Source: Lactimicrobium sp.
GTDB lineage: Bacteria; Bacillota_I; Bacilli_A; Erysipelotrichales; Erysipelotrichaceae
Reading direction: 5' to 3' (one strand)
NCBI RefSeq assembly: GCF_036453445.1
Contig: NZ_JAZHUX010000001.1
Length of the DNA stretch: 64,000 nucleotides
Shown: positions 51,492 through 61,553 of the stretch, piece after piece
How positions within the stretch are numbered: position 1 is the stretch's first letter
How the letters are laid out: the number at the start of each line of letters is the position of its first letter
Translations under genes and position numbers: made by a program
Notes under the pieces: model-generated
Databases searched by the model: none
The model's input: the letters and a program-made list of their open reading frames with translations, nothing else
What the model was told of the DNA's origin: nothing

Positions 51492-52951
51492 TGAAGCCGG
51501 CATATAACCCTGTTCTTCCCATCAACGTCTGTATTGCGGATGGTGAACCACATGTCTTTGGAAACAGAATTTATATCTTTGGCTCCCATGACAAACCCGG
51601 CTCAGAAAGTTTCTGCATGGAAGACTATGAATTCTATTCAGCCAGCCTTGATGATCTTTCCAACTGGACAAGCAATGGCATCAATTACTGTGTAAAGCAG
51701 GATCCATTATATGGTGAAGATGCAAAGTATCTCTATGCACCGGATGTGGTTCAGGGCAATGACGGCAGGTTTTATTTGTACTACTGCCTGGCAGGCTGGA
51801 AAGGAAGAGGCGGCTACAGCCATCCCATCAGCGTAGCTGTCTCAGACAAACCTGATGGCAGATATACATACTATGGCACGGTAAACAATCCCGATGGCAC
51901 ACCGTATCAGGACTTTGTCTGCTTTGATCCCGCTGTGATCAACGATGATGGGACTATCCGGCTGTACTTTGGCTCCGGCCCTTTCAAAGGCATGCAGGCA
52001 AAACCATGGAATGCGCTCATCCTGGCAAACATCTATGCCAGCGTATTTCAAAAACCAGCAAAAGCATTCCTGCAAAAACCAGGTCCGCTAGGTGCCAATA
52101 CCGCCGTACTTTGCGATGACATGCATACCCTGAAAGAAATGCCGAAGCGCATCGCCGATACTAAAGACTTCAAGGGACATGCATTCTTTGAAGGCAGCAG
52201 TATCCGCAAAGCAAATCATACATATTACTTTATCTACTCCTCTCAGCAGAACCATGAACTCTGCTATGCTGTCTCACAATATCCCGACCGTAATTTTCAC
52301 TATCAAGGAACACTGATCAGTAACGGTGATATCGGATATCAGGGCAGAAAAGCAAAAGACAGAATAAACGCCACTGGCACAAACCATGGCAGTATTGAGA
52401 AAGTGAATGGCAGATGGTATGTCTTCTACCACCGGCTTACCCATGGCAGCGACTATTCCAGACAGATGTGCGCCGAACCTTTGACAATGAACAAAGACGG
52501 CACATTCCATCAGGCAGAAATGATATCATCCGGTCTTAGCAGCAAAGATCTGCCAGATCAGGGTGAATACCCAGCCACCATCTGCTGTCATCTGACCAAT
52601 GGCAGAATGCCGCACCTCGCCAACCAGATCAAAGAAGGCATCCCATGCATCACTGACAAAGATGGCCAATGGTATATCACCAATGCCGCAGCAGGCACAG
52701 CGATTGTCTACAAGTACTTCATCTTTCACAAAGGTACAGCTCTGCATCTATGGGCAAGGGGAAATGGCAGCCTGCATATCCTTATAAACAGCCAGAACAT
52801 TGGCACACTTTCCTTCCACAATTGCCAATGGCAGAGGCAGGCAATACGAATTTCAGAAGACTGCATGCATGCCGCCATAACGTTCTACATCACAGAAGGA
52901 AAGCTGGATGTTCTATCACTTGCCTTTACCTCTGTCCACAATCACTCATAA
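51491..52951 (+). CDS. Glycoside hydrolase family 43 with C-terminal CBM6-like domain
   Basis: ADGEPHVF..RIYIFGSHD, YAPD, FDPAV, FFEGS, NHGSI, YVFYHR. Confidence 0.88.
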   Translation: MKPAYNPVLPINVCIADGEPHVFGNRIYIFGSHDKPGSESFCMEDYEFYSASLDDLSNWTSNGINYCVKQDPLYGEDAKYLYAPDVVQGNDGRFYLYYCLAGWKGRGGYSHPISVAVSDKPDGRYTYYGTVNNPDGTPYQDFVCFDPAVINDDGTIRLYFGSGPFKGMQAKPWNALILANIYASVFQKPAKAFLQKPGPLGANTAVLCDDMHTLKEMPKRIADTKDFKGHAFFEGSSIRKANHTYYFIYSSQQNHELCYAVSQYPDRNFHYQGTLISNGDIGYQGRKAKDRINATGTNHGSIEKVNGRWYVFYHRLTHGSDYSRQMCAEPLTMNKDGTFHQAEMISSGLSSKDLPDQGEYPATICCHLTNGRMPHLANQIKEGIPCITDKDGQWYITNAAAGTAIVYKYFIFHKGTALHLWARGNGSLHILINSQNIGTLSFHNCQWQRQAIRISEDCMHAAITFYITEGKLDVLSLAFTSVHNHS

Positions 52952-52965
52952 TCATGTATTCATGC

Positions 52966-53006
52966 AAAAACGGCTGTCGGACAAGTATGCCTGCACAGCC
53001 GTTTTT
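52966..53006. terminator. Bidirectional terminator
   Basis: AAAAACGGCTGT / ACAGCCGTTTTT 12-bp stem. Confidence 0.8.
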
Positions 53007-53027
53007 CCTTTATTCAAAAGAGAAAAT

Positions 53028-54028
53028 TTATTCACCGTAGACTTTCTGGGCAAGATCAGAAACCACCGAATACAGATCCCCGCTGCCGCCATATACCTGC
53101 GAGAAGTCGGTGGAATATACCTGATGATTCCTGATGGCATCAATATCTGCCAGCTGAGGATTGTCATACAATGACTGGATCATTTCATCCATGTCCGGTC
53201 CCCCGGCATAGTCAAACAGAATGATAACCTGCGGATTTTCCGCAATAACGGTTTCAATAGAAACCTCAGAACCAGTGGCACTGGCATTGATATTATGCAT
53301 GCCAACCATCTCGAGAGCTTCATTCTGCAATGATTCTGTGGATGCAGAGCCGAATACCGGCGAACCATCATTGATGTAGGAAACCTCGGCGAGCTTGATA
53401 TCCTTATCCCCATATTTCTTCTTCAGATCATCTGTATAGGACTGATAATATTCTTTCAGGTCCTCCGCCTTGTCCTGTACATTAAAGATTTTTCCATAGT
53501 TATCAATATCTTCCAGAAAAGAAGTAAAGGTGGCACCTGTATAGCCGACATGGGTAATGTAGGAGGAAATACCTGCATCCTTCAATTCATCCACCGTACC
53601 AATGCCATAGTCACCATCAATAAACAGATCCCCTCTGCCTGTCACAAAATCAGGATTGACGCCCTGTACAGCTTCCTTGGATGCATAGCCCTGAGCAATC
53701 ACCGGAATCTTGTCAAAAGCTTCTTTAACATCATCCGGTGCCGTGCCATACACCGCAGCAACGCCAACCAGCTTATCCGCTAAGCCAAGCCGGATCAATA
53801 ACTGGGCAGTGCCCTGGTTATTGGCAACAACACGCTGCGGCTCACTGTCATATGTGGCTGTAATCGGTGTCCAGGCGGCACCATCGCCAGACACACTGTA
53901 GGTATCCACTGTTACCGGATAGCCAGAAGATGATGATGCCGAAGCACTTGCGGATGAAGCAGAAGATGCCGAACCACACCCCGCTAAAAGGCTCACTGCA
54001 AGTAAAGCTGAAATTACTGCCTCTCCAT
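53028..54028 (-). CDS. Iron-siderophore/cobalamin-type ABC substrate-binding lipoprotein with a damaged 5' end (possible pseudogene)
   Basis: PQRVV, LIRLGLADKLVGV, SKEAVQGVNPDFV, SIETVIAENPQVII. Lipobox LLAGC is in frame, but the nearest ATG (54028) is one base out of frame. Confidence 0.7.
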
Positions 54029-54119
54029 CCCAAAGATCAGCAGTCTATGAATCCAACAGAGCAGCAGCCATCATCAAGGTCCCTTATCGTGCATACCGCA
54101 TCTGATTAACAGACTGTTT

Positions 54120-55013
54120 TCAAGCCTGCTGTTTCCTCTTGGACAATGAGATCATCACCAGCATGGCAAAGATACATGCAAAGCCAAGTCCATCTCCCAG
54201 TGTAAATGGTGTTCCCATGATACCAGTCACAATCGCTGCCGTAACAGGTTCGGCAAAGCCATACAGGATGCCCTTTTCCGGACCGATTTCCTTTACGCCC
54301 TGCATATACATCGTAAAGGCAAGCACATTGCCAACAACGACCACAAAAGCAATGCCAAAGATTCCCATCAGATTCGGTACATAGCTGTACTGCCAGATCC
54401 GGAAGACAAAGGCAAACAGCAGTCCGCCCATCAGGAAAGACCATGCCTGCAGCACAACAACCGGAAAGTGTGCCAGCAGATGGCGGGGATAGCAGTTATA
54501 GACAGTCACGCATCCCGCACAGAGTACGCCGCACAATAAGGCACCCGCCGGAATGCCCAGTTCCATCCTGCCATGTGTTGTAATCAGTGTCACGCCAACC
54601 AATGCCAGAATGATGGAGAGAACATCAAAGATACCAGGCTTTTCATGCCTGTGAATACATTCCACAATCAGAATCATGACCGGCGAAAGATCCTGCAGAA
54701 TGGTTGCCGCACCGGCTGTTGAAAGCTGGATGGTACGGAAATACAGAAACTGACAGAGGGAAATGCCAAGCAGGCCATAGATGAGCAGATCTTTGGTATC
54801 CCGCTTTGTCTTCCATGGTGAATAAACATACTTTCCCATTCTTGCCCGGCAGTAGATGAAAAGAATCACACCAGCCAGAAACAGACGGATCGGCACTAAC
54901 CATCTGGCATCCATTCCCTGCTTTGTAAACAGATACTGACCCATGGAACCGCTCAATCCCCAGTAGACACCGCCGCCCGCCGTCAACAATGCCCCTCTTG
55001 CACTTTTTTTCAT
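54120..55013 (-). CDS. DMT/EamA family transporter
   Basis: Two EamA repeats; WGLSG, ATILQDLSPV, EPVTAA. Start chosen at MKKSARG. Confidence 0.9.
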   Translation of the reverse strand: MKKSARGALLTAGGGVYWGLSGSMGQYLFTKQGMDARWLVPIRLFLAGVILFIYCRARMGKYVYSPWKTKRDTKDLLIYGLLGISLCQFLYFRTIQLSTAGAATILQDLSPVMILIVECIHRHEKPGIFDVLSIILALVGVTLITTHGRMELGIPAGALLCGVLCAGCVTVYNCYPRHLLAHFPVVVLQAWSFLMGGLLFAFVFRIWQYSYVPNLMGIFGIAFVVVVGNVLAFTMYMQGVKEIGPEKGILYGFAEPVTAAIVTGIMGTPFTLGDGLGFACIFAMLVMISLSKRKQQA

Positions 55014-55080
55014 GGAGTCGATTATATCGCAGCGGACTTTTGTTTGTGATAAGGTTATGACAAAAGAAAGCAGGAATTTT

Positions 55081-55416
55081 ATGAGCAACTATACATACGC
55101 GGCAATGATCATCCTGATCACCGGTGCAGCCGGTGTTCTGATCGGCATCTTTGAAGCCATTTCCAGATCAAAAAAGGCATGGGGCTTTGGCAGCCTCCAC
55201 GCCCCCTTCCCGGTCAAAGACGTACATACATACAACCAGGCCGTCGGACGGCTCTGGATGATCACCGGTCTTGCCATCGCCGCAGACGGCATGATCCTCT
55301 ATCTCTTTCCTTCCCGTAAAATGGGCATTGTGGCAGTTGTCCTTGCCGTTGTCATATACAGTATCGGCACCGGCTGGTATGTCACATCCATCGAATCCCG
55401 TTTCCGTAAAAAGTGA
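55081..55416 (+). CDS. Small three-TM hypothetical membrane protein
   Basis: Hydrophobic segments; YNQAVGRLW; SD GCAGGA. Confidence 0.7.
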   Translation: MSNYTYAAMIILITGAAGVLIGIFEAISRSKKAWGFGSLHAPFPVKDVHTYNQAVGRLWMITGLAIAADGMILYLFPSRKMGIVAVVLAVVIYSIGTGWYVTSIESRFRKK

Positions 55417-55425
55417 GGTGTTAAT

Positions 55426-56190
55426 GTGAAAACAGCTTTGATTACAGGCGCATCCAGCGGTCTGGGCAGAGAATTTGTCCGCCAGCTGGCTGATGATACT
55501 GCCATTGAACAATTCTGGGTCATTGCCCGCCGCAAAGAACGGCTGCTCGAACTGCAGAAATTCACCAGCAAGCCCGTCATTGCCATTCCCCTGGATCTCT
55601 GTGATCCCCACAGCTTTGATGTCCTTGCAGAAAAACTGCAGACAGAAAAGCCGGATATCACTGTGCTTGTTGCCGCGGCAGGCCTTGGCTCCATTGGCAA
55701 AACCGAAGAGCTGAGCGTTGCGGAAACAGACCGCATGATTGATCTCAACTGCCGGGCAGCCGCTGCTGTAACACGCTTGTGCCTGCCTTATATGCACAAA
55801 GGTGCCAGAATCCTGGAGATTGCCTCCATCGCCGCCTTCCAGCCAATGCCAGGCTTCAACGTCTATGCCGCATCCAAAGCCTTTTTGATGAGCTACACCA
55901 AGGCATTACACCATGAGATGCTGCCAAGACACATCAAAGTCACCTGTGTCTGTCCCTACTGGGTCAAGGATACCGAATTCATCCCCAAAGCCAGAACAAC
56001 CGGAAACAGTTTCCGCCACACACCCCTGGCCTCTGTCTCAAAAAGTGTTGTCCGCCTATCCCTGGCCGCATCAAAGGCAAACCTCTGGGTATGCACACCC
56101 GGCATTGTCACAACTGCCCAGCGCATTGTAGCCAAGATTGTCCCCCACTGCATCGTGGTTCCCTTCATGGACCTGATCCGCCACATCTGA
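55426..56190 (+). CDS. SDR family oxidoreductase
   Basis: ITGASSGLG, IASIAA, YAASK. Confidence 0.92.
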   Translation: MKTALITGASSGLGREFVRQLADDTAIEQFWVIARRKERLLELQKFTSKPVIAIPLDLCDPHSFDVLAEKLQTEKPDITVLVAAAGLGSIGKTEELSVAETDRMIDLNCRAAAAVTRLCLPYMHKGARILEIASIAAFQPMPGFNVYAASKAFLMSYTKALHHEMLPRHIKVTCVCPYWVKDTEFIPKARTTGNSFRHTPLASVSKSVVRLSLAASKANLWVCTPGIVTTAQRIVAKIVPHCIVVPFMDLIRHI

Positions 56191-56199
56191 ACAAGCCAA

Positions 56200-56238
56200 T
56201 AAATCGTGCCCATCTGAAACCAGACAGGCACGGTTTTT
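56200..56238. terminator. Bidirectional terminator
   Basis: AAATCGTGCC..TCTG / CAGA..GGCACGGTTT between convergent genes. Confidence 0.7.
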
Positions 56239-57914
56239 CATATCACGTTTGAAAGTTTCTGATGATCAAGCCTGAGAATCCGGCTGCAGTCAGACAGTGT
56301 GGACATACGATGGGAAATCATCAGCACAGTCCGGCCGTTTCCAGCCTGTTTCAAAGTATGCAGGAATTCCTTTTCATGCAGGACATCCAATGCACTTGTC
56401 GGCTCATCAAAGATCATCACCGCCGGATTCTTCAGAAACAATCTTGCCAGGCCGATCCGCTGTCTTTCACCACCGGACACCCTGGCATTCATAGCTCCCA
56501 TCTGCGTTTGGTACCCATCGGGCAGAGAACAGATGAAATCATGAATGCCGGCTTTCTTTGCTGCATCCTCGATCTCTGTCCTTGACGCATTTGATCTGCC
56601 AATGGCAATATTCGCTGCAATCGTATCATCAAACAAATACGTATCCTGTTCCATCAGGCCGATCTGTGCATGCAGAGAAGAAAATGAAATGTCCTTCAGA
56701 TCGACACCATCTATCAGAATCTTTCCTTCCTCCGGATCATAGAAGCGCAATAACAGACGCAGAATCGTCGACTTGCCAGCCCCTGAATCACCGATGAAAC
56801 CAACCTGGTCACCATGATGAATCTCAAAGCTGGCATGATCCAGCACCTTCACATGCGTGCCAGGATACGTAAAGCTCACATCTTCAAAACGAATCGTATC
56901 CACATGATCAATGGCAATCGGATGTGCTGCTTCCTGCACCATCTGCTCTGTATCCTCAATGGCAAAGATGCGCTGGGCACTGGCAAACGTCTCCAACAGG
57001 TTTGTTACCACTGTGGTCAATGAGAAGGTGGAGGAAAAAGACGCCGAGGCAATAAATGAAACAATAATGGTTCCCACCGGATTGGCTGCCCCATGCATGG
57101 CCAGATAGCCGCCTGCTGCTACGATCAGAATCCTGACGGCATATGTCACAAAATCTGGCAGGGAAGTCAATATCGAGCGGTGCATCTTCAGGCCATGATC
57201 CGCTTTGTTCAAAGCTGTATTGCAGGCAAGCATCTGCGACATCCTTGCCCTTCTGGCATCAAAGATCTGAATATCCCGGATGCCATAGACGCTCTCCAGA
57301 ATCGTACTCTTCAAAGCTGCCTGTGCTTTCCTTGCCTTCTCACCGATCCTTCTGCCTGCCTTCAATGCGGCAAGCGGAATCACAATCGATACAAGCACAT
57401 AAGCCGGAATCAGAATCCATGCAAACAGACGATTGTACCGCCAGGCAATGACAACCGAAACCACTGGCAGAAGAATCACCGTAAACATCGGTCCGATCAT
57501 ATGGGCAAAGAAGAATTCCAGCTGTTCAATATCACCAACAGCCGTATTCATCACATCTCCCATCTGATGATCAATCAGATAAGCCGGCGCAATCCGGTCA
57601 ACCTGCGCATAGAAATCCACCCGCATCCTGGCCAGAATGCCATATGCCCCTTTATGCGAAAACACACCTTCCAGATACCGGCCGACGGCAATCAAAGCAC
57701 CGCATACTGCCATGGCCGTGCCATAGAACCACACACTGCCATTTACTTTCCCATAGGCACACAGTATCAACAAAGCCCCAAAGCCCATCAGCCCCATACG
57801 GGACAGATTGCCAATGATACTGGCCAGGGTTGAAACAAGCAGATAATAACGAATCGGATATGCCTTCTTTAACAGACGGGAAATCATCTCATGATAGGAA
57901 TACTGCTTCTTCAT
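56238..57914 (-). CDS. ABC exporter, fused permease/ATPase (CydC-like)
   Basis: GDIEQLEFFFAH; GDSGAGKST, VSGGERQR, DEPTS, ISHR. Confidence 0.88.
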   Translation of the reverse strand: MKKQYSYHEMISRLLKKAYPIRYYLLVSTLASIIGNLSRMGLMGFGALLILCAYGKVNGSVWFYGTAMAVCGALIAVGRYLEGVFSHKGAYGILARMRVDFYAQVDRIAPAYLIDHQMGDVMNTAVGDIEQLEFFFAHMIGPMFTVILLPVVSVVIAWRYNRLFAWILIPAYVLVSIVIPLAALKAGRRIGEKARKAQAALKSTILESVYGIRDIQIFDARRARMSQMLACNTALNKADHGLKMHRSILTSLPDFVTYAVRILIVAAGGYLAMHGAANPVGTIIVSFIASASFSSTFSLTTVVTNLLETFASAQRIFAIEDTEQMVQEAAHPIAIDHVDTIRFEDVSFTYPGTHVKVLDHASFEIHHGDQVGFIGDSGAGKSTILRLLLRFYDPEEGKILIDGVDLKDISFSSLHAQIGLMEQDTYLFDDTIAANIAIGRSNASRTEIEDAAKKAGIHDFICSLPDGYQTQMGAMNARVSGGERQRIGLARLFLKNPAVMIFDEPTSALDVLHEKEFLHTLKQAGNGRTVLMISHRMSTLSDCSRILRLDHQKLSNVI

Positions 57915-59629
57915 GCGATGCCTCCTTTCTCCAGAGCTGACTGTTCATGAACAAGTGAGGCATAATAACCATCCTGCTTCATCAAAGCTTCATGTGTGCC
58001 CTGCTCCGTCATCTTTCCATTCTGCAGCACATAGATGGCATCACAATGGCGGATCGAAGAAAGCCGGTGGGAAATAATAATCAGTGTCTTGTCTTTGGAA
58101 ATACGTTCAATTGTTTCCCAGATTTCCTTCTCACTTTCCGGATCCACCGAAGAAGTGGCTTCATCCAGAATGATGTAATCTGCTTTGGAAAGCAGTGCCC
58201 TGGCAATGCCGATCTTCTGTTTCTGACCGCCAGAAAGCATACTGCCGTTTTCACCCGTAAACCGATCCAGATCACACGCAAAATCATCCAGCCGCACCGC
58301 ATGCAGAGCAGCCCTCATCTCCTCATCACTGGCATGCAGGCCGCCAAGCAGCAGATTATCCCTCACCGTACCCGAAAAGATCGTCACCGCCTGCGGCACC
58401 ATCGTAATCTTTTTCCGCACTTCCTGCGGTGTCATAGAAAGATAATCATGCCCATCCATGATGATCCGGCCCGACTTTGGATCCATGAACTTCATCAGTA
58501 AGGAGCCAATGGTTGACTTGCCTGAACCGGAAAGGCCAACCAGCGCCACTGAAGTTCCCTTTTGTATCTGCAGAGAAATATCCTGCAGCACATCCCGCCG
58601 TGCATCATAGCCATAGACGACATGTTCCAGGCGGATACCGGTTTCCTGCGGATTTACCTTCATATCCGGCTCATAGGGCCGGCTTGTATCCACAGCCAGA
58701 ATCTCGCCAACCTTGCCCGCTGCTGAAACAGCCGTCAAAGCATCATGGGTTGCACTCATCAGCTCCCTTTCCGCGGTAAAGAAACTGTATGCCAGCAGTA
58801 ACACCGTCAATGTCCCAGCCAGCGGTGCACTCTGATGGATCACAAGCACCACCACCCAGATAATACCGGCAGAAATCATTGCCTCTGTCACCAGAAACGA
58901 AGTGAAATTGATCTTCATGAAAGCATTGATATCCTGATTCAACCGGTCTGCCTTCTGATACAGAATCTCCTTGTGCTCTTTGTCTTTGTCAAACAGTTTC
59001 AAAGTTGTCAGACCGCGCAGAGAATCCAGGAAATACCCGGTCATATCATCCACCGAATGCCAGTAGCGCCGCCGCATCTTTTCCAGCCTGAAACGAAACA
59101 CATTGTGCAGCGGCAGCAGCACCAGTGATACCAGCATCAGCACAATGGCTGCCAGAAGTGAGATCGGCTCAACCTGAAAGAACATATAGACCGGCGCTGC
59201 AATGGCAAATAACAACGCTGGCAGATATTCGCTGCAATATGTCTGCATGTGTTCCACCGCATCCACACTGGCTGTAATGGCGGAAACCGGCCCGATCTTT
59301 TCAATACTGCCGGCATCCAGATCCATGATCTTGCCAAAGATGGCAGTGCGCATCCGCACCCTGGCATCTGCACTGCAGCGGTATTCCAGTTCGCCCTGCA
59401 CAAGGCGCAGAACAAAAGCAATCCCCGCAGCCAGAAAAGCCTGCACCAGAGAATAAGAAAGCATGGCCCCATCAAACGAAGGATCCAGCATATCCCCCAG
59501 TGAAGCACCGATGTCTTTGAGAAACTGCGTCATGCAGACAAGCATGGCAAACCGTGCGAGAAAGATCAATACAATCCACGGCCATGACTTTTTCGACAGT
59601 TTCAACAATGTATGATCCAGTAAAAGCAT
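57911..59629 (-). CDS. ABC exporter, fused permease/ATPase (CydD-like)
   Basis: YFLDSLRGLTTLKLF; GLSGSGKST, LSGGQKQK, DEATS; ATGA overlap. Confidence 0.88.
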   Translation of the reverse strand: MLLLDHTLLKLSKKSWPWIVLIFLARFAMLVCMTQFLKDIGASLGDMLDPSFDGAMLSYSLVQAFLAAGIAFVLRLVQGELEYRCSADARVRMRTAIFGKIMDLDAGSIEKIGPVSAITASVDAVEHMQTYCSEYLPALLFAIAAPVYMFFQVEPISLLAAIVLMLVSLVLLPLHNVFRFRLEKMRRRYWHSVDDMTGYFLDSLRGLTTLKLFDKDKEHKEILYQKADRLNQDINAFMKINFTSFLVTEAMISAGIIWVVVLVIHQSAPLAGTLTVLLLAYSFFTAERELMSATHDALTAVSAAGKVGEILAVDTSRPYEPDMKVNPQETGIRLEHVVYGYDARRDVLQDISLQIQKGTSVALVGLSGSGKSTIGSLLMKFMDPKSGRIIMDGHDYLSMTPQEVRKKITMVPQAVTIFSGTVRDNLLLGGLHASDEEMRAALHAVRLDDFACDLDRFTGENGSMLSGGQKQKIGIARALLSKADYIILDEATSSVDPESEKEIWETIERISKDKTLIIISHRLSSIRHCDAIYVLQNGKMTEQGTHEALMKQDGYYASLVHEQSALEKGGIA

Positions 59630-59672
59630 TTACTCCCCTCTTCTTTCCCAGAAAGAAAAGACTTTGAAACAC

Positions 59673-60557
59673 TCAAAGTCCATCCGGGCGGTTATTCCTG
59701 CATGCCTGGGCAATCTTCTGTCCGGTCTTTGTTCCTGCAAGGCCGCCAATTCCGGTTTCCCGGATTTCCACCGGCATCTTTGCACCAATAGTATGCATGG
59801 CATCAATCACCTCATCCGCCGGAATCTTAGATACAATTCCTGCTCTTGCCATATCACAGCTGGTCACCGCATTGACCGCTCCAATCACATTCCGCTTCAC
59901 ACACGGCACTTCTACCAGTCCTGCCACCGGATCACATGCCAGTCCTAACAATCCCTTCAGTGCCAGGGCACAGGCATTGACAATCTCCATATTGCCGCCG
60001 CCATCCAGATAGGCAAGGGCACCCGCTGCCATCGCACTGGCCGAGCCAATCTCCGCCTGACAGCCGCCCTGGGCACCAGACAAAGAAGACCGCTGTCCAA
60101 TCACACCGCCAATCCCGGCAGCCACATACAGACCCTCACACATCTTCTCATCCGAGCAGCCTGTCTTCTCCTGATAAGAGATCAATACCGCCGGCAGTAC
60201 ACCGCAGCTTCCTGCGGTAGGAGCTGCCACAATACGCCGCATACAGGCATTGCAGGCAGCCACCTTCAAAGCCTTCTCCATCACAGATGACACAAAATCC
60301 CCGGCCAGCATCTCTTTCTTTTCCATGCGGCCATGCAGTAAGGCAGCCTCATGTCCCACCAGCCCGGAGGCAGAAGACATCCGGCCATCATAGCCAGCCA
60401 CTGATGCTTTCATAGACGCATACATACCAGCCATCCTGGCAAAAGAAGCTTCTTCGGAAATATTTTCTTCATGGCAGTCCTCTGCCTGCACAACCTTCCA
60501 GAACGGCTGGCCGCTTTTTCCAGACTCCTCCAGAATTCTCTCTAATGAACTGTACAT
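59673..60557 (-). CDS. sdaAA: L-serine dehydratase, iron-sulfur dependent, alpha subunit
   Basis: IVAAPTAGSCG, GAQGGCQAEIG, GLACDPVAGLVEVPCVKRN, RETGIGGLA. Confidence 0.96.
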   Translation of the reverse strand: MYSSLERILEESGKSGQPFWKVVQAEDCHEENISEEASFARMAGMYASMKASVAGYDGRMSSASGLVGHEAALLHGRMEKKEMLAGDFVSSVMEKALKVAACNACMRRIVAAPTAGSCGVLPAVLISYQEKTGCSDEKMCEGLYVAAGIGGVIGQRSSLSGAQGGCQAEIGSASAMAAGALAYLDGGGNMEIVNACALALKGLLGLACDPVAGLVEVPCVKRNVIGAVNAVTSCDMARAGIVSKIPADEVIDAMHTIGAKMPVEIRETGIGGLAGTKTGQKIAQACRNNRPDGL

Positions 60558-61225
60558 GTTTCCTCCTTGATGGACAGATACGTAATCTTGATGATGCCAG
60601 GATGTGCACGCAATTGTTCCAATGCCGTATCAGGCACTTCCTGATCACACTCAATGACGGTCACGGCATGGCCGCCCCGGCTGTCACGGTCCAGCTGCAC
60701 CGTCGCAATATTAATATGATGCTCATACAGCATGCCCGTCACTGCCGACACCTCGCCAGGCCGGTCATCATTTTCTACAATCAATGTCGGATATTCACCG
60801 GAAAACACGGTCTTCAAACCATCTATCTCCCGAATCTGAATCTGGCCGCCGCCAATGGAAGCCGCCACAATCTCCAGCTTCTTGCCATGTTCACCCTTTA
60901 AAAACAAGCGCACACTGTTGGGATGAGCCTCTTCTCCTAAATCAACCGTACCAAGTGTCACTTTCATGCCGGCTTTGCGTGCTTCCTCAAATGCATCCGG
61001 AATCCGCTCATCATCACATGCCATGCCCAGAAGACCGGCAATCAATGCCCGGTCCGTACCATGGCCGACACCCGTAGCCGCAAACGAACCATGCAGCAGA
61101 ATCACGGCATCCACAACCTTTTCCCCTAACAGCCTTCTTGAAACAAGACCAATCCGGGCAGCACCGGCTGTATGGGAACTTGACGGTCCCACCATCACCG
61201 GTCCGATAATCTCAAAGATATTCAT
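60542..61225 (-). CDS. sdaAB: L-serine dehydratase beta subunit with ACT domain
   Basis: IIGPVMVGPSSSHTAGA, HGSFA.TG.GHGTD, HPNS. Confidence 0.96.
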   Translation of the reverse strand: MNIFEIIGPVMVGPSSSHTAGAARIGLVSRRLLGEKVVDAVILLHGSFAATGVGHGTDRALIAGLLGMACDDERIPDAFEEARKAGMKVTLGTVDLGEEAHPNSVRLFLKGEHGKKLEIVAASIGGGQIQIREIDGLKTVFSGEYPTLIVENDDRPGEVSAVTGMLYEHHINIATVQLDRDSRGGHAVTVIECDQEVPDTALEQLRAHPGIIKITYLSIKEETCTVH

Positions 61226-61497
61226 AGTAAACCTCGTATTCTCATCAACACAATGATCCACAGCACCAGGAGCACCGGTACACCAACCGTAAACTTCGTA
61301 TGTTTTGTCTTGTGATGAAACACCTTCATACCAAGCAGTGCTCCCAATGCACCGCCCATGGCAGCACTTGCCATCAGTACACGTTCCGGTATGCGCCAGG
61401 CATGGACGATGGCTTTATGCTTATCAATGCCAAACAAAACAAACGCAATGATGTTTATCACCAGCAGCCAGCCAGTGATCATTCTGTATGTTTCCAT
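61222..61497 (-). CDS. DUF1294 family membrane protein
   Basis: FGIDKHKA..HAWRIPE; GGALGALLGM..FHHKT+H.KF; ATGA overlap with sdaAB. Confidence 0.9.
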   Translation of the reverse strand: METYRMITGWLLVINIIAFVLFGIDKHKAIVHAWRIPERVLMASAAMGGALGALLGMKVFHHKTKHTKFTVGVPVLLVLWIIVLMRIRGLL

Positions 61498-61553
61498 GGC
61501 TATGATGATAACACGATCTCACAAAAGGCAAAACGAATGTACAATGAAGAAAC

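Noticed and set aside
59630-59672. TCTTTC-TGG-GAAAGA hairpin before the exporter SD
   Set aside because: AT-rich stem with a 3-nt loop and no U-tract; not credible as a terminator or riboswitch.
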